Origin: a virus | Lineage: Duplodnaviria; Caudoviricetes | Virus record (IMG/VR): IMGVR_UViG_3300025280_000036 | Location: 1-60,023 of that record | Length of the DNA: 60,023 nt | Strand: one strand, 5' to 3' | Shown here: positions 27,613 through 36,430 of the stretch, piece after piece | How positions within the stretch are numbered: position 1 is the first letter of the stretch | Layout of the letters: each line of letters begins with the position of its first letter | Notes under the pieces: model-generated | The model's database searches: none | What the model was told of the DNA's origin: nothing | The model's input: only the letters and a program-made list of their open reading frames with translations | Made by a program: the position numbers and the translations under genes

Positions 27613-28002
27613 ATGAAAGTCTTGGCTTTGGTTCTGCTGGTCATTTGCAGCGGTTGTACCACGGCATTTCGTCCGCCGGAGGTGCGGCCCGTCGAGGTGG
27701 TGACCATCGAGAAACCGGCTCCTATGTACCACCCGCCATTGCCGCCAAGAATAAAGAGTATGCCGGTCGAATGGAAGATTTTGACGCCGGATACGATGGA
27801 AGAGTATTTGAACGACCTGAAGGCTGGCGAAGCCCCAGTAAATGCTTGGTATTCGCTGACCACCAAAGGTTACGAAAATATCAGCAACAACATGGCACAG
27901 ATTCAAAGGTATATAAAACAGGTTTTATCGATAGTTGAGTATTACCGTGATGTTGACGCAGAACGGCAAAAACAGGATGCAGAGCCACCGATAGAGGAAT
28001 GA
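27613..28002 (+). CDS. Outer-membrane spanin lipoprotein (Rz1-like)
   Basis: Signal peptide ending CSGC; Pro-rich. Confidence 0.65.
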   Translation: MKVLALVLLVICSGCTTAFRPPEVRPVEVVTIEKPAPMYHPPLPPRIKSMPVEWKILTPDTMEEYLNDLKAGEAPVNAWYSLTTKGYENISNNMAQIQRYIKQVLSIVEYYRDVDAERQKQDAEPPIEE

Positions 28003-28439
28003 GCAGGTTAACGGAAATGTTGCGTCGGCATGAAGGTGTGGAAAGTCATGCTTATTTGTGCAGCCAGAACTTCACGACCATCGGTGTGGGCCGAAATATC
28101 GATGCCGGTGATAACGGTCGTGCAAGAGGATTAGGGCTTTCTGATGATGAGGTTGACTATCTGTTGCAAAATGACATTGATCGTGTGACAGAGGAACTGG
28201 ACGGTGAATACCCGTGGTTTGCGGGTCTGAATAACGCCCGATCTGATGCGATGATAGACATCAGTTTTAACTTAGGTCAGACGAGATTGAGAGGTTTCAG
28301 GAAGGCATTGGAAGCAATGGAATCTGGCGATTGGGAAGAGGCGGGTAAACAATTTTTGGACAGCCGGTGGGCCGATCAGGTCGGTAACAGGGCCACGGAA
28401 TTAGCAGAGATAATTCGCACGGGCGAATATCGGGATTAG
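27999..28439 (+). CDS. Endolysin, GH24 lysozyme
   Basis: HEG...TIGVGRN...FNLG...LDSRWADQVGNRA. Confidence 0.9.
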   Translation: MSRLTEMLRRHEGVESHAYLCSQNFTTIGVGRNIDAGDNGRARGLGLSDDEVDYLLQNDIDRVTEELDGEYPWFAGLNNARSDAMIDISFNLGQTRLRGFRKALEAMESGDWEEAGKQFLDSRWADQVGNRATELAEIIRTGEYRD

Positions 28440-28460
28440 CTCTTTTTAGAGGAGATTGAT

Positions 28461-29738
28461 ATGGGTAAGGGTAGCGGTAGTGGTGGTGGCAGACGGCCTG
28501 CTCCCCCCCGAGGTTTTCCCGGTAGACCAGGCAAGGGTAGTGGTGGGCAGCCGCGAACGAATCAGTGGTCACCCGGCCCCATGCCGGGATCGTCTTATAA
28601 CCAGCCCCAGCTTCCCGGTGGTTATGGGCGGATGCGGTATGAGCCACAGCAATTCAGTAGTTACGGCGTTCCAACCAGCATAGCCCAGCCGGGTGTTTTC
28701 GGTTGGGGTGAGTCAGTTTCAGGATTGGAGACTCCCGGCTCAAGGCGGCAATACGGCGGTGAAACATTTACTCAGGGAGCCGGGGGCCGTCAATGGACTG
28801 ACAGGTATGGGCGTGGCTGGGGAACAGACCCAATGCAACGGCAGCAGCAACAGTTTGGTGGAGGACCGGGCAAAGGTGGCAGAGGGCAGCCTTCTCCCCA
28901 GCAATTCCCCGGAGGACCGGGTAAGGGTGGTGGTGGATATGGGCAGGCACAGCAGTTAGGGCAGCAATTACAGCCAGCACAATTACAGCCAGCAGGAGCA
29001 GCATCACCTTATTTTCAGGACATCATGGGTCGAGCGGCATATGAGCCTCAGGGGCAGGCACAGCAGTTAGGGCAGTTACAGCAGCAATTAGCAGGGCAGC
29101 AGCAAGCATTAGGAGCCGGACTTGGTGGTGGGGTTGGGATGTATGGAGGGATGCAAGATGAGGCGGCAGCAGAACCAGCGCGGTTTGCAGCATCTCCATC
29201 GAAAAATGGAATTGTTGGCATAGGTGATTTCGAGCAGAAGCAGATAGTTGCGCCGAAAGATCAAGCTGTCGGTATAGGTGATTTTGAACAGAAGCAGATA
29301 GCTGACCAACCCTCTGTAACACCACAGAAGTGGACTCCAGAGGAGAAAGCAGCTTGGGCACAACGGGAGCAAGCTCCAGCCCCGGCTCCGGTCATACCTC
29401 AAAAATGGACGCCAGAACAAAAGGCTACTTGGGGTGGATGGTCACCAGAGCAGCAACAGTTGGCTCAAGGGAACACGGCTCTATGGACGCCACAGCAACA
29501 GAGTGCTTGGGGCGCAGGTCAGCCGTTACCCGGATGGTCACAAGCACAGCAAAGTGCTTGGGGCGCAGGTCAGCCGTTGACCGGATGGACACCACAACAA
29601 CAGAGAGATTGGCGCGCAGGAACGAAGCCATTGTCCGAGGTGCGATGGACTCCAGCACAGCAGGCAGCTTGGAGGGCAGCGCGAAGGGCTAATGGGGGGA
29701 TAGTTGGACTTTACTGGCCCGGAGGGCGGGTGCATTAA
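28461..29738 (+). CDS. Low-complexity G/Q/P/W repeat protein
   Basis: GPGKGG, VGIGDFEQKQI x2, about 9 W(T/S)PxQ repeats, terminal ANGGIV. Confidence 0.7.
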   Translation: MGKGSGSGGGRRPAPPRGFPGRPGKGSGGQPRTNQWSPGPMPGSSYNQPQLPGGYGRMRYEPQQFSSYGVPTSIAQPGVFGWGESVSGLETPGSRRQYGGETFTQGAGGRQWTDRYGRGWGTDPMQRQQQQFGGGPGKGGRGQPSPQQFPGGPGKGGGGYGQAQQLGQQLQPAQLQPAGAASPYFQDIMGRAAYEPQGQAQQLGQLQQQLAGQQQALGAGLGGGVGMYGGMQDEAAAEPARFAASPSKNGIVGIGDFEQKQIVAPKDQAVGIGDFEQKQIADQPSVTPQKWTPEEKAAWAQREQAPAPAPVIPQKWTPEQKATWGGWSPEQQQLAQGNTALWTPQQQSAWGAGQPLPGWSQAQQSAWGAGQPLTGWTPQQQRDWRAGTKPLSEVRWTPAQQAAWRAARRANGGIVGLYWPGGRVH

Positions 29739-29740
29739 CG

Positions 29741-31594
29741 ATGCCGCTGCGTAAATTACAATTCCAGCCGGGGGTCAATAAAGAAGGCACTGAGTACAGT
29801 GCAGGCTCTGGTTGGTTTGATTCCGATAAAATCCGCTTCAGGAAAGGCCGTCCTGAGAAAATAGGCGGCTGGGAGAAGTTTTCTACGAGTGCTTTTCTGG
29901 GTGTTTGCCGGTCGATTCATGATTGGGCTGCACTGAATTCCACAAAGTATTTAGGCATTGGTACGCATCTGAAGTTGTATGCAGCCGAGGGAACGAGTTT
30001 CTATGATGTGACACCGATCAGATCGACCACCTCCGCAGGAGATGTCACGTTCTCGGCCACCAATGGATCGTCAACCATCACTGCAACGGATTCAGGGCAT
30101 GGGGCGGTGGTTAATGATTTTGTGACATTTTCCGGTGCAGCAACTTTGGGCGGCTTGATTACGGCTACGGTGCTGAATCAGGAATACCAGATTGCCACGG
30201 TTCCAAGTACCAGCACCTATACCTTTACAGCTAAAGACACCTCCGATGATGAAGTCACTGCGAATTCCAGTGATTCAGGTAATGGCGGTTCATCTGTGGT
30301 TGGTGCATACCAGATCAATACCGGGCTGAATGCTTATGTGTCCGGCACAGGATGGGGTGCCAATGCGTGGAGTAACGGAACATTCGGCAGTTCCAGCAGC
30401 GTTCTCAGTTCTAACCAGTTGCGTCTGTGGAATCAGGATAATTTTGGCGAAGATTTACTTGCCAATGTTCGTGGTGGTGGGGTGTATTACTGGGATTCCA
30501 GTGCGGGCACCAGCACAAGGGCGGTCGATATCAGTACGCTGAGTGGTGCTTCTGCCACGCCTACCGTGGCGCTGCAAATTATGGTGTCTGACGTGGATCA
30601 GCATGTCATCTGTTTTGGCGTGAATGATATCGGCTCAAGCACGATTGACCCATTGCTGGTGCGCTGGTCGGATCAAGAATCAGCAGCGGACTGGACACCA
30701 ACGGCGATCAATACCGCTGGCGGTGTGCGAATTAACCAAGGCTCGAAAATTATCGGCGCGTTGCAGACCCGACAGGAAATCCTGATCTGGACGGATAATA
30801 GTGTTCATTCCATGCGCTTTGTTGGCTCACCGTTTATTTTTCAGTTTAATTTGTTAAGCCACAACATTTCGATGATCTCCCCGAATGCAGCAGCCAATGC
30901 CCGTGGGAGCGTGTACTTCATGGATCGGGGTGGGTTCTTTGTTTACAACGGCTCGGTTCAGCCGGTGCCTTGTTCGGTCAAAGACCATGTGTTTTCCAAT
31001 CTTAACTTGGGTCAGGCATACAAGGTATATGCGGCAACCAATGTGGATTTTTCTGAAGTCACTTGGTATTACCCGGTAGGAGAAGACAACACCGATATCA
31101 CCAATTATGTGACTTTTAATTATGCTGAGAACGTGTGGTTTGTGGGCACCTTGGTCAGAGGAACATGGATCGAGGCTGGTACAAGGGATTATCCGCTTGC
31201 GGCTTCAGTTATCACCTCCGATGATAATAATTATATCTACAGGCATGAGACCGGTTATGACGATGACGGCTCTGCGATGACGGCCTATATCGAGTCGGGC
31301 GATGTGGAACTGGATGAAGGCGGTAGGCTCATGTTTATGAGCAGGATGATTCCGGATTTCAGGTTCAGTGGTGATACGGGCAGTGCGTCTATGGATGTCA
31401 CCATCAAGGGCAAGCGGTTTCCGCTGGAAAGCCTTTCGACGCTGGCAACAGCGACGGTTACCAGCAGCACCGAGCAGAATTTTTTACGCACCCGAGCGAG
31501 GGAGTCGGTTGTCAGGGTAGAAAGTAGCGGTCTTGGTTATGGCTGGCGCTTGGGTGATTTGCGTTTTGAAATGAGACAGGACGGGAGACGCTGA
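29741..31594 (+). CDS. Tail nozzle / P22 gp10-like stabilisation protein
   Basis: PGVNKEGT...RFRKGRPEKIGGW...VRWSDQE...WRLG. Confidence 0.7.
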   Translation: MPLRKLQFQPGVNKEGTEYSAGSGWFDSDKIRFRKGRPEKIGGWEKFSTSAFLGVCRSIHDWAALNSTKYLGIGTHLKLYAAEGTSFYDVTPIRSTTSAGDVTFSATNGSSTITATDSGHGAVVNDFVTFSGAATLGGLITATVLNQEYQIATVPSTSTYTFTAKDTSDDEVTANSSDSGNGGSSVVGAYQINTGLNAYVSGTGWGANAWSNGTFGSSSSVLSSNQLRLWNQDNFGEDLLANVRGGGVYYWDSSAGTSTRAVDISTLSGASATPTVALQIMVSDVDQHVICFGVNDIGSSTIDPLLVRWSDQESAADWTPTAINTAGGVRINQGSKIIGALQTRQEILIWTDNSVHSMRFVGSPFIFQFNLLSHNISMISPNAAANARGSVYFMDRGGFFVYNGSVQPVPCSVKDHVFSNLNLGQAYKVYAATNVDFSEVTWYYPVGEDNTDITNYVTFNYAENVWFVGTLVRGTWIEAGTRDYPLAASVITSDDNNYIYRHETGYDDDGSAMTAYIESGDVELDEGGRLMFMSRMIPDFRFSGDTGSASMDVTIKGKRFPLESLSTLATATVTSSTEQNFLRTRARESVVRVESSGLGYGWRLGDLRFEMRQDGRR

Positions 31595-31791
31595 TGGCAT
31601 CGCTTAGAACTAACCCTTTGCCGTCGCCCAGCGAGGAATATGACAGCGAGAACGAGCAGACAATGCGTAGAACCGTGGAGTTTGCGTTGCAGAATATAGA
31701 GAACGATGTGTTGTTAGCCAAGACTCAGGCCGATAAGGATGGTTCCTTGGCGATGCGACGGTTTCAGTTCTTGTTGATGGGAGCCTCGTGA
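31594..31791 (+). CDS. Hypothetical protein
   Basis: Coupled ORF. Confidence 0.65.
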   Translation: MASLRTNPLPSPSEEYDSENEQTMRRTVEFALQNIENDVLLAKTQADKDGSLAMRRFQFLLMGAS

Positions 31792-32117
31792 GTGACATCA
31801 TTAAAGTCCTCGGTCAGTTGGATTGTGCGGCTACAACGCAGGAGACTCTGTATACGGTCCCAGACCTCACCCAGACCACGGTTAGTTCGTTTCTCGCCTG
31901 CAACCGGACAGGAAGCGCGATTACATTCAGACTTCGGATAAATGTTGCCGGGGCTGGGGACAATGACAAACAGTTTCTTTATTATGATAAGTCTGTTGCA
32001 GCAAACACGACATTTACAGCGGTTATTGGTATGTGTTTAGGACAGGCAGATGTGGTTAAGACTTATGCGAGTGCTGTAGATATGACTTTTACTTTATTTG
32101 GTGTTGAGACTAAATAG
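31788..32117 (+). CDS. Virion protein
   Basis: TLYTVP...CNR...beta-rich. Confidence 0.65.
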   Translation: MSDIIKVLGQLDCAATTQETLYTVPDLTQTTVSSFLACNRTGSAITFRLRINVAGAGDNDKQFLYYDKSVAANTTFTAVIGMCLGQADVVKTYASAVDMTFTLFGVETK

Positions 32118-32122
32118 GATTG

Positions 32123-34210
32123 ATGATGAATAATTACGCACCCTTACAGGGAGTGGCTCAGGATTTAGCCAAGCATGGTCGGTATGGAGATTCCATGCTG
32201 GTTCACATGAACCCGATTGAGGTTCAGGGTATTGCGGCGTTATCTCCTACAGGTCAACTGACCACCAATCCAGTGACAGGCCAGCAGGAGGCTTTTCTGC
32301 CGTTTCTGATCCCGATGTTAGCCAGTTGGGGCGGCACTGCGCTTGGGCTTGGGGCTATGGGAACCAGTCTGCTTGGAGCCGGTTTAACCACATTGGCTAC
32401 TGGAGATTTTAAGAAAGGTTTGCTGTCCGGCATTTTGGGTGGTGTCGGGGGTAAGATTTTTGGCGCTGGAGCACCAGATGTTGTGGCTGAACAAGGTTTA
32501 GCTAGTGCAGGGGAAGGAATAACTAAAATGGGATTTGATCCTTCTGCAACAACTTTTGATGTTACAGGTCTTAGTGCAAGCAAGGCATCAGGATTGGGAG
32601 ACTTGTTAACAAAGCAAGCAGGATATCAACAGACTTTGGCTGATTTGAGCACGGCTGCGCCAGCGACTTTTGGGGAAAAACTGATTGCTCCATTTGCTGG
32701 TGGGAAAGAATCGTTGGCGGCGATGGGGACGGAGTTAATGAAGCCCTCATCATTGCTTGGTTTGGGGGTGGCGGGCGGATCGCTTGCTGAGATGGATCGA
32801 CAGGAAGCTATGGCTCGTGCGGCTGGGGAAAGAGGGCTAGAAGACGAAGAAGAGCGCAGGAAGTGGGAAGGAATTATGGAGGAAGGATTCCAGCAAAGCA
32901 GGGCTGATTATCCTTATGCTTCGTATGCTGCGAATCGAGGCGGGATTATTTCTATCAATCCAGCGAACTACGCCAGACGGCGCAATGGATTTAATACGCT
33001 AGGTGCTGCCCCTGTTCAGATGCAGGGTGGTGGTGAAACAGCGGCATTTCGCCAAGCAAGAATTCGTGGTCCCAGAACCATTACCCCGGAAGAACTGGCT
33101 GTGGCAGGACGCCCCGGATTCGGGCCTGAGATTACATATTTCCAACCCAGAAGGGTTGGCGTTACTGATGCTGATGTTGGTGCTGGCGCTGGCGCAGAAT
33201 TACCGGCTGATATTGATCTTTCCAGTCTCTCTGGTTTTTATGGCACAGGATATGGGAATTTGTTTGGAAATTATAATATTCCTTTACAGCCATCTCCTGT
33301 ATCTGATGCAAGGAGTCTGATCGAGCGGGATTATGGAGATAACGGAACCATCAGTGATGAAGCAGCAGAAGTTGCTACTGATACTGCTGTTGATTATGTG
33401 ACAGGCACGGCTCCAGTAATAACACCTCCATCACCTTCCGGTTCGCTGGAAGAAATTCTTGCTGAAATACAACGGCCTACTCTAGCCCCTCCGCCACCAC
33501 CTCCACCGGCAGCGGCGCCACCGACACCGGCAGGGCCACCACCGACGCAGGCAGCGGCACCCCCGGCAGCGACACCACCTCCACCGGCAGCGACACCACC
33601 TCCACAACAGGTGGAATCCCCAATACCTCCGGAAAATCAGCAGGCAGCCGCCGCATACTTAGCGGAGTGGACACCTGAACAACAAGCAGAGTTAGAGGCA
33701 GCACTTGCAGCACTTGGAAGATCAGGATTTCAAAAGGGCGGGCCTACCGATATTCCAGTCGGACCAGAACAAGAAGCGCCTGTTGATAATGCGGCTATGG
33801 ATCAGCTTATAGATCAAACAGCGATGGCTATTCTGGGTCAATTGCCTCCAGAGCAGGCTGAAATAATTATCACTCAGTTTATAAATGAATTCGGCGAAGA
33901 GGTTTTTCAGATGCTGCGTGAGCAGGTACTTCAGAGCGTGACGGGACCGGGTGCCCAGACTCAAGGCATGGTTCAAGGTCAGGGGGGAGGAATGGATGAC
34001 CAAGTGCCGGGTATGATCGGTAATCAGCAGCCGGTGGCGGTATCGCCGGGGGAGTTCATAGTCCCGGCTGACGTGGTGTCAGGTCTTGGGGACGGCAGTT
34101 CCGATGCAGGTGCGGACAAACTTGATACCATGATGGATCAAGTCAGGATGGCAAAAACCGGCGGTATTATGCAGCCTAAGCGCATCAGCAATACGGTTCT
34201 CCCGATATGA
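32123..34210 (+). CDS. Internal virion / ejection protein
   Basis: GRYGDSMLVHMNP...NPVTG N-terminus, Gly-rich hydrophobic stretch, Pro-rich linker, GEFIVPADVVSGLGDGSSDAGA C-terminus. Confidence 0.7.
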   Translation: MMNNYAPLQGVAQDLAKHGRYGDSMLVHMNPIEVQGIAALSPTGQLTTNPVTGQQEAFLPFLIPMLASWGGTALGLGAMGTSLLGAGLTTLATGDFKKGLLSGILGGVGGKIFGAGAPDVVAEQGLASAGEGITKMGFDPSATTFDVTGLSASKASGLGDLLTKQAGYQQTLADLSTAAPATFGEKLIAPFAGGKESLAAMGTELMKPSSLLGLGVAGGSLAEMDRQEAMARAAGERGLEDEEERRKWEGIMEEGFQQSRADYPYASYAANRGGIISINPANYARRRNGFNTLGAAPVQMQGGGETAAFRQARIRGPRTITPEELAVAGRPGFGPEITYFQPRRVGVTDADVGAGAGAELPADIDLSSLSGFYGTGYGNLFGNYNIPLQPSPVSDARSLIERDYGDNGTISDEAAEVATDTAVDYVTGTAPVITPPSPSGSLEEILAEIQRPTLAPPPPPPPAAAPPTPAGPPPTQAAAPPAATPPPPAATPPPQQVESPIPPENQQAAAAYLAEWTPEQQAELEAALAALGRSGFQKGGPTDIPVGPEQEAPVDNAAMDQLIDQTAMAILGQLPPEQAEIIITQFINEFGEEVFQMLREQVLQSVTGPGAQTQGMVQGQGGGMDDQVPGMIGNQQPVAVSPGEFIVPADVVSGLGDGSSDAGADKLDTMMDQVRMAKTGGIMQPKRISNTVLPI

Positions 34211-34725
34211 ATGAAGTGGCGCAAAAATTGGAGATTGAACCACGGGATATTCCTCGGGAACCTCGGGTCAAGCCGAAAAATGCCCCTCGTGAAATAACCC
34301 ACACCATCACGTTAGTTCCGTCTAATTATATATATCCGTTGTGGTTTGATGTGCGGGATCATCTGGGTCGGGCTGTTGAAAGATCGAATGGACGTTGGAG
34401 TTTGGAATCCCTTTACGCGGCTATTGCAAACGAGCATCAACATTTATGGCTGGCTTTCGACAAGGACAATCAGATTGATGGGGCAGGAACAACGGAGTTT
34501 GTGGATTATCCTTGCAAGCGGATGTTGGCGGTGCAATTTTTGGGTGGCTCAAAGTTTAACGACTGGTGTTGGGACATGATGGATCGCTTTAATAGCTGGG
34601 CAACTGATAACGGTTGCCAAGGTATTGAAGTGACCGGCAGGGCTGGTTTTGGCAAATGGTTGAAGCAGGATGGTTATCATCGTGTTTACACGGTTTATGA
34701 AAAGAGGTTGAATAATCATGGGTAA
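34207..34725 (+). CDS. Acyltransferase-fold (GNAT-like) protein
   Basis: LWLAF...GTTEF...FLGG...GCQGIEVTGRAGF. Confidence 0.55.
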   Translation: MNEVAQKLEIEPRDIPREPRVKPKNAPREITHTITLVPSNYIYPLWFDVRDHLGRAVERSNGRWSLESLYAAIANEHQHLWLAFDKDNQIDGAGTTEFVDYPCKRMLAVQFLGGSKFNDWCWDMMDRFNSWATDNGCQGIEVTGRAGFGKWLKQDGYHRVYTVYEKRLNNHG

Positions 34726-36430
34726 AGGCGGCGGCGGTCCACCTCCTACACAGGAGATGACAACTCAAACAAGTCGAATTCCTGAATTCGCTGAACCTTA
34801 TTTTCAGGAGATGATGGGTCGGGCGGCGTATGAAACGACGCGGCCTTATCAAGCGTATCCGGGGGAAAGACTCGCGGATTTCACCGCAGCGGAACGCGCC
34901 GGTCAGGCGGGCATGGCCGAAATGGCGGCTGCTGGGGCACCTCCAGAGATGGGCATGGCTTCGGATATTGCATCGCAAGTCGGTTATGGGCCGCAGATGT
35001 CGGCAATGCAGGTTGCCCAAGGGTTTCAGCCGCAGCAGGTTCGATCCGGTTACATGGCGGCGGATATTGATCCCGGTTATACCGCAGGTCAGTTGGGTCA
35101 GGGCTATCAGGCCGGTCAGCGGGACATGGGCTATCAGGCCGGTCAGTTTGACCCCGGTTATGCAGCCCGTGAACTAGGTCAGGACTATACCGCCAGAGAA
35201 TTAGAGGCGCAGTACACCGGGACAGGCGCACCTGCTGGGGCGCAGTTTGGTCCGGGGTTTGATCCCCGTTCCGTAACTGATGAAGGTGTTATTGAGCGGT
35301 ACATGGACCCGTTTCAGCGATTGGTAACCGATATTGAAAAGCGGGAGGCGCAGCGTCAATCGGATATTCAAGCGTCTGGTACGGCACAGCAGGCGGCACA
35401 GGCCGGGGGTTTGGGTGGCTACCGGGAGGCCATCATGCAGGCCGAACGCGAGCGCAATCTTGCGCAACAGATGGGTGATATCGAAGCGCGTGGAGGACAG
35501 GCGGCCTTTCAACAGGCCCAGCAAGCCTTTGAGGCGGACAGGGCTGCGAGATTGCAGGCCGGTCAATTAGGCTTGCAGACAGGTCAAGCAAGGGAGCAGG
35601 CTCTGCAACAGGCAGAGCAAATGCGCCAAGCAGCGTTTGGCACGTCCGAGGCGGCTCGTCAAGCACAGCAGCAGATGCAAACGGCGGCTTATCAGGCCGG
35701 GGAGCAGGCGAGACAGCAAGCCGGAGCGATGGGGCTTACCTCTCAACAGCAAGAAGATGCTGCTCGTCAGGCGGAGGAACAGTTTGGTCAGGCGCAATTT
35801 GCTCAGAATGAGCAGATGCGACAAGCCGAACAACAGGCCAATCAGGCTGCATATCAGGCTCAAGAGGAAGCGAGGCGGGAGGCTGGCCGACTCGGGTTAT
35901 CGGCGCAGGAGATTCAGGAGCGGGGCCGTCAGGCTGCCAATCAGGCGTATATGGAAGCCCAGCGGTTTAACGTGGAGCAGGGTTACAGGCAGGCTCAGTT
36001 GGGCATGGCCGGTTTGGGCGAGGATCGTGCAGTTCGGCAGCAGCGGTTGGAGGCGGCTCAACAGTTGGGCCAGTTTGGCGGCCAGCAGCAGCGTATGGCG
36101 TATGAGCGAATCCGTAATTTGCAGGCAATGGGTCAGGGGCAGCGTGAATTGGCCCAGCGTGGTTTGGATATTGGTTATCAGGATTTCCTGCGACAACGTG
36201 GGTATCCGCGAGAACAGTTGAGTTATTTGAGTAACCTGATTCAAGGGTTGCCATTAGCCCCAATGGGGCAACAAACACAAACCACGTATGGTGGCCCAAC
36301 CGGGATACAGCAAGCATTAGGTGCTGGGCTGGGTGGGGTAGGTTTGTATAACCAATTTCGTGGCGCTGGTGGTGGCCGCATTCCGGGGGTTACAGGTATT
36401 GGTTTGCATAGAGCGTTGAGGGCGGCCTGA
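34718..36430 (+). CDS. Ejection / DNA-transfer protein
   Basis: Q/A-rich coiled coil, YMDPF...V, DFLRQRGYP, Gly-rich C-terminus. Confidence 0.7.
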   Translation: MGKGGGGPPPTQEMTTQTSRIPEFAEPYFQEMMGRAAYETTRPYQAYPGERLADFTAAERAGQAGMAEMAAAGAPPEMGMASDIASQVGYGPQMSAMQVAQGFQPQQVRSGYMAADIDPGYTAGQLGQGYQAGQRDMGYQAGQFDPGYAARELGQDYTARELEAQYTGTGAPAGAQFGPGFDPRSVTDEGVIERYMDPFQRLVTDIEKREAQRQSDIQASGTAQQAAQAGGLGGYREAIMQAERERNLAQQMGDIEARGGQAAFQQAQQAFEADRAARLQAGQLGLQTGQAREQALQQAEQMRQAAFGTSEAARQAQQQMQTAAYQAGEQARQQAGAMGLTSQQQEDAARQAEEQFGQAQFAQNEQMRQAEQQANQAAYQAQEEARREAGRLGLSAQEIQERGRQAANQAYMEAQRFNVEQGYRQAQLGMAGLGEDRAVRQQRLEAAQQLGQFGGQQQRMAYERIRNLQAMGQGQRELAQRGLDIGYQDFLRQRGYPREQLSYLSNLIQGLPLAPMGQQTQTTYGGPTGIQQALGAGLGGVGLYNQFRGAGGGRIPGVTGIGLHRALRAA

